A DNA stretch of 63,884 bases, counting the filler, from Octopus bimaculoides (Eukaryota), in the NCBI RefSeq assembly GCF_001194135.2. It is 5 parts of 5 records of this genome, joined end to end, with 100 filler letters (N's around TTAATTAATTAA, not from the genome) between each part and the next. Parts side by side here need not be neighbours in the genome. Positions count along the whole stretch, not along the records: positions 25,115 to 37,275 come from NC_068987.1; positions 37,376 to 62,063 come from NC_068986.1; 3 more parts are not named here. The stretch is one strand, 5' to 3'. Position 1 is the stretch's first letter; every line of letters starts with the position of its first letter. Under the pieces are notes generated by a model. The model was not told the DNA's origin. It did no database searches and was given only the letters and a program-made list of their open reading frames with translations. This document shows positions 27,050 through 40,560 of this stretch, in pieces. The position numbers and the translations under genes were made by a program.

Positions 27050-28024
27050 NNNNNNNNNNNNNNNNNNNNNNNNNNNNNNNNNNNNNNNNNNNNNNNNNNN
27101 NNNNNNNNNNNNNNNNNNNNNNNNNNNNNNNNNNNNNNNNNNNNNNNNNNNNNNNNNNNNNNNNNNNNNNNNNNNNNNNNNNNNNNNNNNNNNNNNNNNN
27201 NNNNNNNNNNNNNNNNNNNNNNNNNNNNNNNNNNNNNNNNNNNNNNNNNNNNNNNNNNNNNNNNNNNNNNNNNNNNNNNNNNNNNNNNNNNNNNNNNNNN
27301 NNNNNNNNNNNNNNNNNNNNNNNNNNNNNNNNNNNNNNNNNNNNNNNNNNNNNNNNNNNNNNNNNNNNNNNNNNNNNNNNNNNNNNNNNNNNNNNNNNNN
27401 NNNNNNNNNNNNNNNNNNNNNNNNNNNNNNNNNNNNNNNNNNNNNNNNNNNNNNNNNNNNNNNNNNNNNNNNNNNNNNNNNNNNNNNNNNNNNNNNNNNN
27501 NNNNNNNNNNNNNNNNNNNNNNNNNNNNNNNNNNNNNNNNNNNNNNNNNNNNNNNNNNNNNNNNNNNNNNNNNNNNNNNNNNNNNNNNNNNNNNNNNNNN
27601 NNNNNNNNNNNNNNNNNNNNNNNNNNNNNNNNNNNNNNNNNNNNNNNNNNNNNNNNNNNNNNNNNNNNNNNNNNNNNNNNNNNNNNNNNNNNNNNNNNNN
27701 NNNNNNNNNNNNNNNNNNNNNNNNNNNNNNNNNNNNNNNNNNNNNNNNNNNNNNNNNNNNNNNNNNNNNNNNNNNNNNNNNNNNNNNNNNNNNNNNNNNN
27801 NNNNNNNNNNNNNNNNNNNNNNNNNNNNNNNNNNNNNNNNNNNNNNNNNNNNNNNNNNNNNNNNNNNNNNNNNNNNNNNNNNNNNNNNNNNNNNNNNNNN
27901 NNNNNNNNNNNNNNNNNNNNNNNNNNNNNNNNNNNNNNNNNNNNNNNNNNNNNNNNNNNNNNNNNNNNNNNNNNNNNNNNNNNNNNNNNNNNNNNNNNNN
28001 NNNNNNNNNNNNNNNNNNNNNNNN

Positions 28025-28061
<37 letters not shown>

Positions 28062-30341
28062 AAGATATACCTAAACGCACATAAATGTATACAGATATAC
28101 TCACATATACAGATACGCACACGCTTGTATATATTATTAGTGTATATGTATATGTGAGAGTAAGCGTGTGCGTGCGTGCATGTATGTAAAGTGTAGGTAT
28201 TAGAGTCTACATGTTTCTAGGTATATGTGTGAGGATGTGGATTTCGAATTTGTGTAAGCAAGCAGAATTTTAATTAAATATTTAAATGCATGTGCCTCTA
28301 TAGAGATGCAGTAATTCTGTGTTTTAAATACAAGACAGAGATGTTCTGCGGAAACCTGTGTATGTAACAGACATGGTAAGAGTGCGAGGGAGAAGGATCG
28401 AGTGAGAGAGAGTGTATACAAGTCTTTATGCATAAGCACTTTGTTTTTAATAGGGTGTTATCTGTAGAATAGAGACAACATACCTAAATTTCAATTTTAA
28501 ATAGTACCCATTTTGTTCGTTACAAATCTAAAGAGAAATGCATGACCATTGCAATATAAGACTAAACAAAAGAATGTTTGTCTTGTTGCTCTATAAGTAT
28601 TGTCAGCAGCAGATATTTCACTCATAGAACGGTGCAGGCGTTTCAGTTATCATGCATGTTTGCGTATGTATAGAAATGTATGAACGCACAACCATATGTG
28701 TACAATACCTGTGCGATATTCTAATAGACTTTTTCCTAATAGACTGAATATCTTTTTTTCAAGATAAGGCAACCGAAATGTGTCTTACACTGCGTTAGAT
28801 GTCTCATGACCCCATTAGCTTCGGTAGATACTTAATTGCATATTAGATGTTTCTACCAATGACGTTGATTTCACCAGGTGTTTTTTCCTCTTCTGAGGAC
28901 ACAAAATGCTCCGAGATATACATCTCATATGACTACGGCTTCAACAAGAAAGCAGTGGCCAGTTAAATCTACCCTGCGCATAAGCAATTATAGTGGAGAT
29001 GGGTGAAATGTATTCATAAATTTTCTTTTTAGATTTTTTTGGATGTGTGTTAAGAAGATAGTTTCCCAACCACNNNNNNNNNNNNNNNNNNNNNNNNNNN
29101 NNNNNNNNNNNNNNNNNNNNNNNNNNNNNNNNNNNNNNNNNNNNNNNNNNNNNNNNNNNNNNNNNNNNNNNNNNNNNNNNNNNNNNNNNNNNNNNNNNNN
29201 NNNNNNNNNNNNNNNNNNNNNNNNNNNNNNNNNNNNNNNNNNNNNNNNNNNNNNNNNNNNNNNNNNNNNNNNNNNNNNNNNNNNNNNNNNNNNNNNNNNN
29301 NNNNNNNNNNNNNNNNNNNNNNNNNNNNNNNNNNNNNNNNNNNNNNNNNNNNNNNNNNNNNNNNNNNNNNNNNNNNNNNNNNNNNNNNNNNNNNNNNNNN
29401 NNNNNNNNNNNNNNNNNNNNNNNNNNNNNNNNNNNNNNNNNNNNNNNNNNNNNNNNNNNNNNNNNNNNNNNNNNNNNNNNNNNNNNNNNNNNNNNNNNNN
29501 NNNNNNNNNNNNNNNNNNNNNNNNNNNNNNNNNNNNNNNNNNNNNNNNNNNNNNNNNNNNNNNNNNNNNNNNNNNNNNNNNNNNNNNNNNNNNNNNNNNN
29601 NNNNNNNNTATATACACGTGTGTTTTTGTGTCAGTGTGTGTTCCACATCACCGCTTGACAATCGCTGTTGGAGTGTTTACTCCCAGGTAACTTTTCGCTT
29701 CGGCAAAAATGACTGATATAATAAGTACCAGACTTTAAAAAATAAAATAAGAACTGGGGTCGGTTCGTTCGTCTAAGACTCATCAAGGTGGTACCCCAGC
29801 ATGGCCGCAGTCTAATTGACTCAAATAAGTAAAAGGTAAAAAAATGTAAAAGGCATGCGATAAGATATTTTGACCATTCATTCGAAGTATGACATATACA
29901 CTATCAAGATGATCTTGATGGTTCTTCTTCATTGTGCAGGTTTCATGATAAATAAATATATTAATTGATGATATACAGAATGTATACAATACCGACATGT
30001 AGGCTATGTATTGGTAGAATATGTAAAATGTCGATTGATAGAAATTATACCACTCTAATTGTCAGAATCTATAAGATGCTAAGCGATAGGATATATAGAT
30101 TACTTATAAGAATATATAAAACGCTTATTGATAGAGCTTACAGTATACAGACATGTAGAATGTACGGAACACTGGTAAAACTATGAATATACTAAATGGT
30201 TGAATATATAGATTGGTAATGAAAAAGTTAATCTATCATTTGAATACTTTTATAGACATGCAGACATGCAACAGTTATAGATTGCTGATCGACTCATTTA
30301 CATATATTCGTACACCCAGACACATGTAAGTACATATATAC

Positions 30342-30414
<73 letters not shown>

Positions 30415-30925
30415 AATATATATATGTGTGTGTGTGTGTATATATGTATGTATGTATGTATGTATATAAATAGGCGTTTTAATGCATCTGTGTGTATACT
30501 CAGCCATTGATTACATCCACACATACATATGTAGACATGCGTAAATATCTGATTAAACGAGTTAATAACATTCACTTTGCCTCCCACAAACACACACACA
30601 AACACGCACACAAACACACACATACCGACTTATTGATTGCTTCAATCTATAAGATGCTAATAATTTTTTTATACTTTATTATTTGCTTGTATTTTTCGTA
30701 CATATAAATACATATGTACCTGAGAGATTAGTCTGCATGAAGTTTGTGTATATATGTTAGTGTGTTACAAAATAAATGTATAAAATGCACTGTAGAATCC
30801 TGTGATTGCATGCCTGTAGAAGCATTGCGTTTATTGGTATGGATATGGCGAGTCTCTAAAATTCCTGTGTTGCAGGAGGAATAACATGAAATATTTGTCT
30901 CTCCATTGTGAATATAGAGCAAGCT

Positions 30926-30968
<43 letters not shown>

Positions 30969-32075
30969 TAGAGAGATAGAGAGAGAGAGAAAGAGAGAGT
31001 ATGTGTATGTGTGTGTGTATGTGCATGTGTATGTGTGTGTGGCTGCATGTTTATGCATGTACATGTGTGGAGGTAGGTGCGTGTGAACGGCGCTATGGGA
31101 CTGTCTTACTCGGGAATTGCTAAACCAATTAACAGTAATACCGACCTTGGTTTAATTAGCTTAATGAAACCCATGCCAGTTTTCCTCGCATTGATTTGGA
31201 ATCTCAACTTCTGATGGAGTTGTAGGGACCCCGTCATGTCATACGGCGTGTCTTGAGGATTATAAAGCCTGGCGATAATCAATTTTCCTAGAGAGAAAAC
31301 CGGAGCGATGAAAAGTAAAAAAGAAAGTCCTATAGAATAAAAAAACTCAACCCTTTACTGAACTGATACTTAATTTATTAATACCCGAATGGATGAAAGA
31401 AAAGTTGACATTGCTAGGATTTGAAGACAGAGCGTAGAGTCCGAAGGAATAACGTGAATTATTCTATTCGACGCTCTAAAACTATGATACTTTTACCGCC
31501 ATATTTTACAGTGTTACAGTCAGCTTTAAAAGTATCACTTACAATTGGACCATAAAAAGATAACTGAGCAATTTTTAATTATACAGTGCCGTCATTTTTT
31601 TTTCAGTTAGATAAACTGATCTACTTGAAAGTTGTGGCTCAAGTTGGGACAATTCGTTATACTATAAAGAAAGACATTTTTGGTGTGGGGTGGGTGGGGA
31701 GAGGTAATTGTATAGAAGTCTGCTGAATTAGCTAGCTGTAAATCTGAATATAGTTGGATGTTTTTAAATGAAAATGAAATCTTTTGTAAAATAAAGATAT
31801 TTCTTAAAGAAATACGGAAAGAAAGCGGAAATTCACACTTCTAATTTCTAAGCTGCGAGACACTGCGGAAAAGAACAGAACCAGCATTGGTTCCAGAAAT
31901 CACACCAATCAAACAACCTTTGCGGCTATAATCAATGTGTAAAGAATTCTACAAATATATATGTAAATATATATATATATATATAGGTGTCCATGGCAGA
32001 CTATGTTATTTTGCCAACATGGTTTACATATAGAAGTACAAAGTACATAAGGAATTAGAGGATGAACAGAAGTTT

Positions 32076-32204
32076 AATCTTACAGCTGTTTCGGCCTAGT
32101 TTTGGCAGGCCCCATTCTATCCGAATATTCCTTTCCGGAGTGATTATCGGATGACATTTTGAAATGGGGTTACATGCCCGAACCTCTAGGCCTCTTCAGA
32201 GATT
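32076..32204 (-). ncRNA. Type I hammerhead ribozyme with extended stem II (Penelope/retrozyme type)
   Basis: Minus strand reads AAUCU-CUGAAGA-GGCCUAG-[86 nt]-CUAGGCC-GAAA-CAGCUG-UA-AGAUU. All core nucleotides are canonical, stem I has 5 bp, stem II has 7 bp, stem III is the palindrome ACAGCUGU, and the cleavage triplet is GUA. Confidence 0.85.
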
Positions 32205-33237
32205 CACAAAGGGTTACATACAGATGTAGAGCAAGAGGTAAAAACAGAGGTGTGGTAGAGACCAGAAGAAAAACAACAGCAAAAATAAGATAGAAATAAA
32301 AATAAAAAATACAATTGAAATCAAAATATAAATAAAANNNNNNNNNNNNNNNNNNNNNNNNNNNNNNNNNNNNNNNNNNNNNNNNNNNNNNNNNNNNNNN
32401 NNNNNNNNNNNNNNNNNNNNNNNNNNNNNNNNNNNNNNNNNNNNNNNNNNNNNNNNNNNNNNNNNNNNNNNNNNNNNNNNNNNNNNNNNNNNNNNNNNNN
32501 NNNNNNNNNNNNNNNNNNNNNNNNNNNNNNNNNNNNNNNNNNNNNNNNNNNNNNNNNNNNNNNNNNNNNNNNNNNNNNNNNNNNNNNNNNNNNNNNNNNN
32601 NNNNNNNNNNNNNNNNNNNNNNNNNNNNNNNNNNNNNNNNNNNNNNNNNNNNNNNNNNNNNNNNNNNNNNNNNNNNNNNNNNNNNNNNNNNNNNNNNNNN
32701 NNNNNNNNNNNNNNNNNNNNNNNNNNNNNNNNNNNNNNNNNNNNNNNNNNNNNNNNNNNNNNNNNNNNNNNNNNNNNNNNNNNNNNNNNNNNNNNNNNNN
32801 NNNNNNNNNNNNNNNNNNNNNNNNNNNNNNNNNNNNNNNNNNNNNNNNNNNNNNNNNNNNNNNNNNNNNNNNNNNNNNNNNNNNNNNNNNNNNNNNNNNN
32901 NNNNNNNNNNNNNNNNNNNNNNNNNNNNNNNNNNNNNNNNNNNNNNNNNNNNNNNNNNNNNNNNNNNNNNNNNNNNNNNNNNNNNNNNNNNNNNNNNNNN
33001 NNNNNNNNNNNNNNNNNNNNNNNNNNNNNNNNNNNNNNNNNNNNNNNNNNNNNNNNNNNNNNNNNNNNNNNNNNNNNNNNNNNNNNNNNNNNNNNNNNNN
33101 NNNNNNNNNNNNNNNNNNNNNNNNNNNNNNNNNNNNNNNNNNNNNNNNNNNNNNNNNNNNNNNNNNNNNNNNNNNNNNNNNNNNNNNNNNNNNNNNNNNN
33201 NNNNNNNNNNNNNNNNNNNNNNNNNNNNNNNNNNNNN

Positions 33238-33274
<37 letters not shown>

Positions 33275-34412
33275 GTTCAAAGTTACAGAAACAAAAGACG
33301 AAGACAGATGTAGGAACAACAAGCAGGAGTATTAGTTTAACCATCGGGAAGAAAGGAAAAGTCTTTTATGTTTCGAGCTTATGCTCTTCGACAGAAAAGA
33401 TTAAGAGGTAAAAAAAAAAAAAACGAGAGAGAAAAGTGTGTGTAGGGATTAACGGTTCAAGATAATAAAACAGCCTGAATATAAAAAGGTAGATGTAATA
33501 GATAATGAATAACACATACATACATATATCTGCATCGCCTATAACAGCCGTCACTCGAAAGCGAGTACGATTTGGTAGCATATTCTAATATGTCATGTGT
33601 TGTTTTTTGCCCTCCGTAGCTGTGAGCTGACATATACACAATCACAGAATTTCTGGTTTTACCTCAATGGAACACCCTGGATTTGTCGACTGGAGGAAGC
33701 GAGGGCTGCTCTAGAAGTGACCTGGTAGTTATTTTCAGCCGAGTAGTGTGTGCCAGCGTGAAATTCAGAGGTTTACTCAAGAAAACATTCTATCTTATAG
33801 TCTGGGACTTGAACTGAGCGTCCTTTGATCGAGAGCCCTACACTCTAACCAATACGTCGCATAGTTATATGTGTGGTTACATACTGAGTTTTTGGAGTTA
33901 GAAGATATTATACTTTGGAGTTTATATAACTTCCTCATACTTATGACGATGCAGTGAGGAATTGATCTATCTTCATCAATCACTGATATCTAATTGCTGG
34001 ACTGATAAGAATTTGGAAGTGCTTTTAATGGGGACAGAATTGTTTATACGATCAGTGGAACGAGATCAGTCACCATTTCTGTAGTCATAGCAACTTTTGT
34101 CTCTTCAGTGAATTGATATTGGCAGGGAGAAAGTGGAAGTGACACTAGCCAAGTTAAAATTAAACTTCAACAATGCAACTCCTGAGAGCAGCATTTTATA
34201 CATTTGAAGGCAGACAATTTCCTGATTATATAAAGACATTGACGAAGGGAAAGAGTGCGGCAATTGTGACATGGGGGGATTTTTGAACAAACCCACTGTA
34301 TTGAATAAATATCGCATTTCAGCAAAATAAGAAAAAATATTAATATGGGAAGTTGCAAGTATATGTCACATGAATTGATGTGTCTGCATATCACCTCTGA
34401 ATACGCATGTGT

Positions 34413-34455
<43 letters not shown>

Positions 34456-34465
34456 NNNNNNNNNN

Positions 34466-34506
<41 letters not shown>

Positions 34507-34908
34507 TGCGTATGTGTGTGTGTGTGTGCTTGGAATGTGTGCATGTGCTTGCACGTACATATGCGAGCGAATGGGTGTATGCATGTGTATGTCTACACGT
34601 AGACGGTGCAGAGGAAATTTTACACGACACAAATATATATATATACTAGCATACATTAATCTGCATATGTATAGGTATGGAAATATGATTATATGTGCCA
34701 GCAGGCCTACTCCAGTGTACGCCCAATTGTTACTTTCACAATAACTACTATTGATCTCAAGCATCGATGAGGACTTTTGAAAAACTATTGACTTAGCCAA
34801 GTACGTATTAGCTAGCTACTTACCCGAAGCATAATTTTCAAACCATTGCTGGTTCCGACGTTGGGGGTGTTTACACACATTCGCATATACATACACTCAC
34901 ATTCATTG

Positions 34909-34999
<91 letters not shown>

Positions 35000-35614
35000 C
35001 ACAGACACACAGATACACAGATACATATGCACATATATGTGGATAGACATTTATGCATAGATATGTGTGCATATGTATTATATATTTAAATACACAAACA
35101 CATACACACACACAAACGCACACATATCTACGCATTTATACATAGTTTCTGTGTGTACCTGGGTATTATAAAGTGCGTCTGTGTATGTGTATGTGTATAT
35201 GTATATTAGTATATATTTATACATTTATGTATATAGATACGTATGTACATGCATAATTACACATTCATACACACATATGGTAAATGCATATAACCTATGA
35301 ACAGTGAATGGATAAAGAAACAATGCACGAATAAAATGTAATATTTATTACAAATTTATTCGCAGTAACTTTAAGTTTTGCCAGTCGTGGGTTATTTAAA
35401 TTGCCTGAAGAGGCCCTTATTCGCGAAACGTCGAAGAGCACGCGCGCGCGCGAGCGCACGCACGCACACACACACGGACACGTGCACACACATAAACACG
35501 CACAACGTACACACACTCACACGCACACTCTTTCTCTCATTACTTCTTTCAATCCCTCCATCATTGTCTCTCCCTCTCTACACATACCTACAAACACATG
35601 TACATAAAAATTAT

Positions 35615-35665
<51 letters not shown>

Positions 35666-36002
35666 TTTATATATATATATACTTACATACATGCATGCAT
35701 ACGTATATATATGTATATAACATGTTTTATGTATATACACGTGTATATAGATTTATACATACATACATACATACATACATACATGCATACATATATATAT
35801 GTATATAACATGTTTTATGTATACACACGTGTATATAGATTTATACATACATACATACATATATGTGTGTTTGTATGTGTGTGCGCACACACACACACTC
35901 ACACATATGTATACGTTTATTTATATATACATATTTTGTATACACATAGATAGTTACACGCATACATATATATATATATATGTGGAGAGTCATACTTGCA
36001 CA

Positions 36003-36190
36003 TAGAAGAAAAGGAAGAAGAAGAAGAAGAAGAAGAAGAAGAAGAAAAAGAAGAAGAAGAAGAAGAAGAAGAAGAAGAAGAAGAAGAAGAAGAAGGATGT
36101 TGATGATGACGACGATAATGAGGAGGAGGAAGCGGAGGAAGAGGAGGAGGACGAGGACGAGGACGAGGACGAAAAGGAGTAGGAGGAGTT
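36003..36190. repeat. (GAA)n tract grading into GAT/GAG/GAC triplets
   Basis: Direct inspection; explains the poly-Arg ORF at 35980-36222. Confidence 0.95.
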
Positions 36191-37210
36191 GGTTAGATTA
36201 TGCTATAAAAAATACAGCGTAATTTCTTGCGAAGTGGCTTCTATTGGAAGACTGGCTTTGATTAGAGGTCAATATGCTGCCTTCTAAGATAAGAACAGCG
36301 AGTATAAAGAGGTGTGTTAGCCAAGAAAGTGATGACGATAATATTAATACGAAAGTAAACATAAATGTAAGAAACATAACAATAATGTTAAGACACAAAC
36401 AAAAAAGAAAAGAAGACTAATGTATAATGAATTAATGAAGATAAAGAATTTTTGTATTCGGTATTATTATTGTAATAGTAATAATGATAGCAAACAGGTA
36501 TGAAGAAAATTAGATACTTTTGAAAATGTGAATTTTGGAAATTTCGTGAAATGTATGAAGCAGACAGAACTGGAAATAGATGTCGGATGAATTGTTGGCG
36601 GACGAGGAGATATAGAATCCCCTTTATTTGTACAGAGTTACTTGAATTATAAATATATACGCCTAAGCACATGCATATCATTAGCTACGGTGATATAATA
36701 CATATATATATATACAGTGTGTCATAAAATACCTTAATAATTTGAAAATTTCGGAAAAAAGAAAAATGTAACTCAGCGGAATTTGTTGGAAAACTTAGGC
36801 AAACAAATAAAGTTTTATTAGACACATTAGAACACTTTCTCGCAGCATATCTGGACGATAAATTGTAATGAATAAACCTTTATATATTCTTTTCTACTCT
36901 AGGCACAAGACCCGAAATTTTGGTATGCTTTGTGATGTACAGAGGTTGACTGGCTTGATATGTTCTGAGTAAAGGTACACCTTTCATATTGCATTTCATC
37001 TCAAGTGGTGTTTATAACCTAGATTTTCAATTCCCAGCTGTAGCATGATAATGACGTATCACCCGTTAGGTGTCAAAGTGATCGCAGAGCAATGTGAGAT
37101 GAATTGCTTTGCTCAAGAAGATGATGCACCAACCGGTCTAGGAACTGTAAACACGATTGCTACAGCAACACCCTAACCACTAAGCCATACGCCCTCACAC
37201 ATATATGCAT

Positions 37211-37275
<65 letters not shown>

Positions 37276-37728
37276 NNNNNNNNNNNNNNNNNNNNNNNNN
37301 NNNNNNNNNNNNNNNNNNNTTAATTAATTAANNNNNNNNNNNNNNNNNNNNNNNNNNNNNNNNNNNNNNNNNNNNTAGAAAGGAATAGAGAATGGGAGCA
37401 ATGAAGAGAGAGAAAGAGAGGAAGGGAGAACGGAAGACAGTTATAAAATAGCAATGCGTGCGCATGTTTATATAAGAAACACACAGAAGCTAAATCTTAT
37501 ATCTATAATGTTGATGTGTGTATGTGTTTATGTGTATGTTGTTGTCATAGATCACGTATGTGTGGTTGAGTGTGTTTTTACGTTTCTATGTTATGAAAAA
37601 TATGTTAGAGGTAGAGGGATAGAAGAAAGCTATTAAATGGGAGAGAGGAAGAAGAACGAAGTAAGAGTGAAAAGGTAGAAGGAAAGAATAGTCTTAAAGC
37701 AAGTTAATCTATGACTTTGTATGTATCA

Positions 37729-37765
<37 letters not shown>

Positions 37766-38414
37766 TTTTACTCTTACTCTCTATATTATATGTTGAGCGT
37801 GTGATCGATGTGTAAGAACACTGCTACAGGTAGAAGGGAAGAAATATAAAAGTTGCTAAAAACAACAGCCAAATCTCCCTTAAATCACACAAAGTAAACG
37901 GAATTTTAAAAATCTAATTACTGCACTTGAAAGTTCACATCAAGAAAATTCCATTGATGTAAAAATTTGTACGAAAAAGTGGAAAATGTGGATTTCTATA
38001 AACTTTTAAAAAGGCTTCACACAAATACACAACTTCAGCATTATATATTAAGATGGGCAACACACACATACACACTAAATAAAAATAAATGACAGGTATT
38101 TGTATGTATGTGTGTATTAATGTGTATTCTGTGTCTCTCTATATATATGGTAGTAAGTAAATGCGTTTTAAGAAAGATGATTAAAAAAATTCAGTTTGTA
38201 GGGAATAAATGTTTGACTGTCGATCGTATTTGAAAGAGACTGACAGGTATTTGTATGTATGTGTTTATTTGTATGTATGTGTGTATTTGCACGTATGTAT
38301 GTATGAGTGTGTATTCAAAAACATCTATATTTACACTNNNNNNNNNNNNNNNNNNNNNNNNNNNNNNNNNNNNNNNNNNNNNNNNNNNNNNNNNGCATGA
38401 TTTTCACTACAGTG

Positions 38415-38452
38415 TTAGGGTTAGGGTTTTAGGGTCAGGATTAGGGTTAGGT
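38415..38452 (+). repeat. Degenerate interstitial TTAGGG tract
   Basis: Four perfect units plus variants (TCAGGA, TTAGGT). Confidence 0.75.
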
Positions 38453-38580
38453 AGGTAATCGTGCAGGTGTTAATCTCAAGATTTACGAAAAGATTTTCCA
38501 AAAAACTCACAATTTGTAGGGAATAAATGTTTGTTGATCGTATTTGAAAACGATGTGTGGCTATTTTTTTTGTTGTTATC

Positions 38581-38633
38581 ATGGTGAAGGACGGAGTTCA
38601 AAATAAGTTACAATTCCCGCCAATTAGAATGAG
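38581..38633 (+). CDS. Candidate first exon (MVKDGVQNKLQFPPIRM)
   Basis: ATG at 38581, strong donor AG|GTATGT at 38634, located at the CpG-decay boundary. Confidence 0.3.
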
Positions 38634-39479
38634 GTATGTATATGAAAATGAAACCATTAAAGTGAAAGTATCTGTCATTACAGTATCGAAATGTGATTGT
38701 TTCAGTTTTGATACTGAAATAGTTTTCTTTTACTGTCAGTGTTTCTTCTTCCTTTCTTTTTGTATTTGTTGTTGGATTGTTCGTAAAGGTTCATAAGAGA
38801 AAGTAAGAGTTGAAAGGATTTGTAAAGGTAGTAGAAAGAGGAAATTAGATTTTATTAGGGGGGAAATGTTAATTTGTGTAGCTTTATGGATTTTATTCGT
38901 AATTAGGAGTTATTTTGACTGAAAAAATGACACTGTGACCTAAGTTATGGTATTTAGAATATTAATTCCGATTCTTTAATGCTAGAAATTTGGAATTGTG
39001 TAAATGTATGAATTTTAAACATACACACACAGAGAAAATCTGCCTTTTATAGATAAGATACTGTTACATAAGATGCACTCCTATTTTCTTAGTATATTTT
39101 GTGGAAAAAAATATATGTAGTATGTTTTGTCATGCACTTGCTGAAAGATATTTTAAAGCAGAAAATGTATGATTCCATGTATGTAAATACAATAATTGTG
39201 ACAATATACTGGAATAAAATATGAAATCATAAACTTATCATAGACTATGATATTCAAGTACCATATTTCAACATTTTCTTTCAGATCATATGTATAGTTG
39301 TTTACATTTTGGTCATGAGAATTGCTATACATGATGTACAGATTCATTAAAAAATGATATAGGTTATGTGTCCTGGGGAAGGCTTACAGACCATGATGTT
39401 TTCGCTTGTTTTCAATATTTTATCATTAGTAACAATTATTGTGCCTAGTGGACATGTACTCATCTGACTTTCTAAGGAG

Positions 39480-40560
39480 TAAGATAAAGTTTATATGGGT
39501 AAGCCGAAGCTAGGTAGAAATGAATGTCTTGTGAAAGCAGTACAGGCTATGTGCAGGTATGCTGTTAATAAGATAAGAGTTAACCATGAGTACAGTGACG
39601 AATTTAATGTATAGGTAGGTGTCCATCAAGGGTCAGTCCTCAGCCTCCTATTTATCATCATCTTCTAGGCCATAACAGAGGAATTTAAAACTGGAAGCCC
39701 ATGGGAACTACTATAGGCTATGATCTTGCCTTCATAGCAGAATGTGTAGCAGACTTAGAAAAGAAATTCCAGGTGTAGAATCAAAGGCTCTTAAAGTAAA
39801 CCTAGCAAAGACCAAGGTCCTAGTAAGCAAGAAATCAGACAGGACCCTGTCACTTTAGAAAAATAGCTCTGTTTGATATGTAGGAAAGCTGTAGGCATGA
39901 ATTCCATTCAGTGTACCTAGTGCAAGCTATGGATGTACAAGAGGTGCAGTGGAATAGTAGGAAGGTTAACAGAAAAAGTAGTGTTTCTATGTGGAAGATC
40001 TACAGGAGCCTTAAAGACTAGAGATACATGGGAAACTGATTTCTTTAAATGTCCCAGAGGCTCTCAAGAAGTGATAGATAATTTCTGCTACCTCAGTGAC
40101 ATAATTAGCTGTGAAGGAAGTTGTACTGAAACTAATTGCTAGAATAAGAATAGGATGGAGAAAGTTAGAGAGCTTTTACCTCTGTTGGCAACCAAATGCC
40201 TCTCTAAGTGAAGGGAAGAGTGTATAATGCATGTGTACAAACTGCAATGCTACATGGTAGTGAGACATGGATCCTGAATGCGAAAGACATGCAAAGGCTG
40301 AAGAGGAACATAGTTGTATGCTCCACTGGAAATGTAATGTCAGAGTGCATGTGCAACACAGCACTAATTTATTGAAAGAGAAATTGGGCATAAGAGGAGG
40401 AGACTGCACTGGTTTGGTCATGTGATGTGTATGGATGAGGGTAGTTGCATAAAGAAGTGCTGATCTTATCACTTAAAGTAGAGAGAAGTTGTAGAAGAGG
40501 AAGACGTGGGATGAAGTACTGAAGGCCAATCTCAGAGGAGAAGACTAGGGTATGTGACAC
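39480..40560 (+). mobile_element. RTE-clade LINE, 3' RT fragment, decayed
   Basis: VGVHQGSVLS-LLF, PWELL-A-DL, YKRCSGIVGRL, and terminal WFGHVMCMDE...W blocks, interrupted by stops. Confidence 0.85.

Noticed and set aside
20866-33344. Long ORFs of 190-417 aa spanning N gaps (also 5404-6027)
   Set aside because: They are open only because N codons are not stops.
35980-36222. Protamine-like poly-Arg ORF
   Set aside because: Arises from a (GAA)n/(GAG)n microsatellite.
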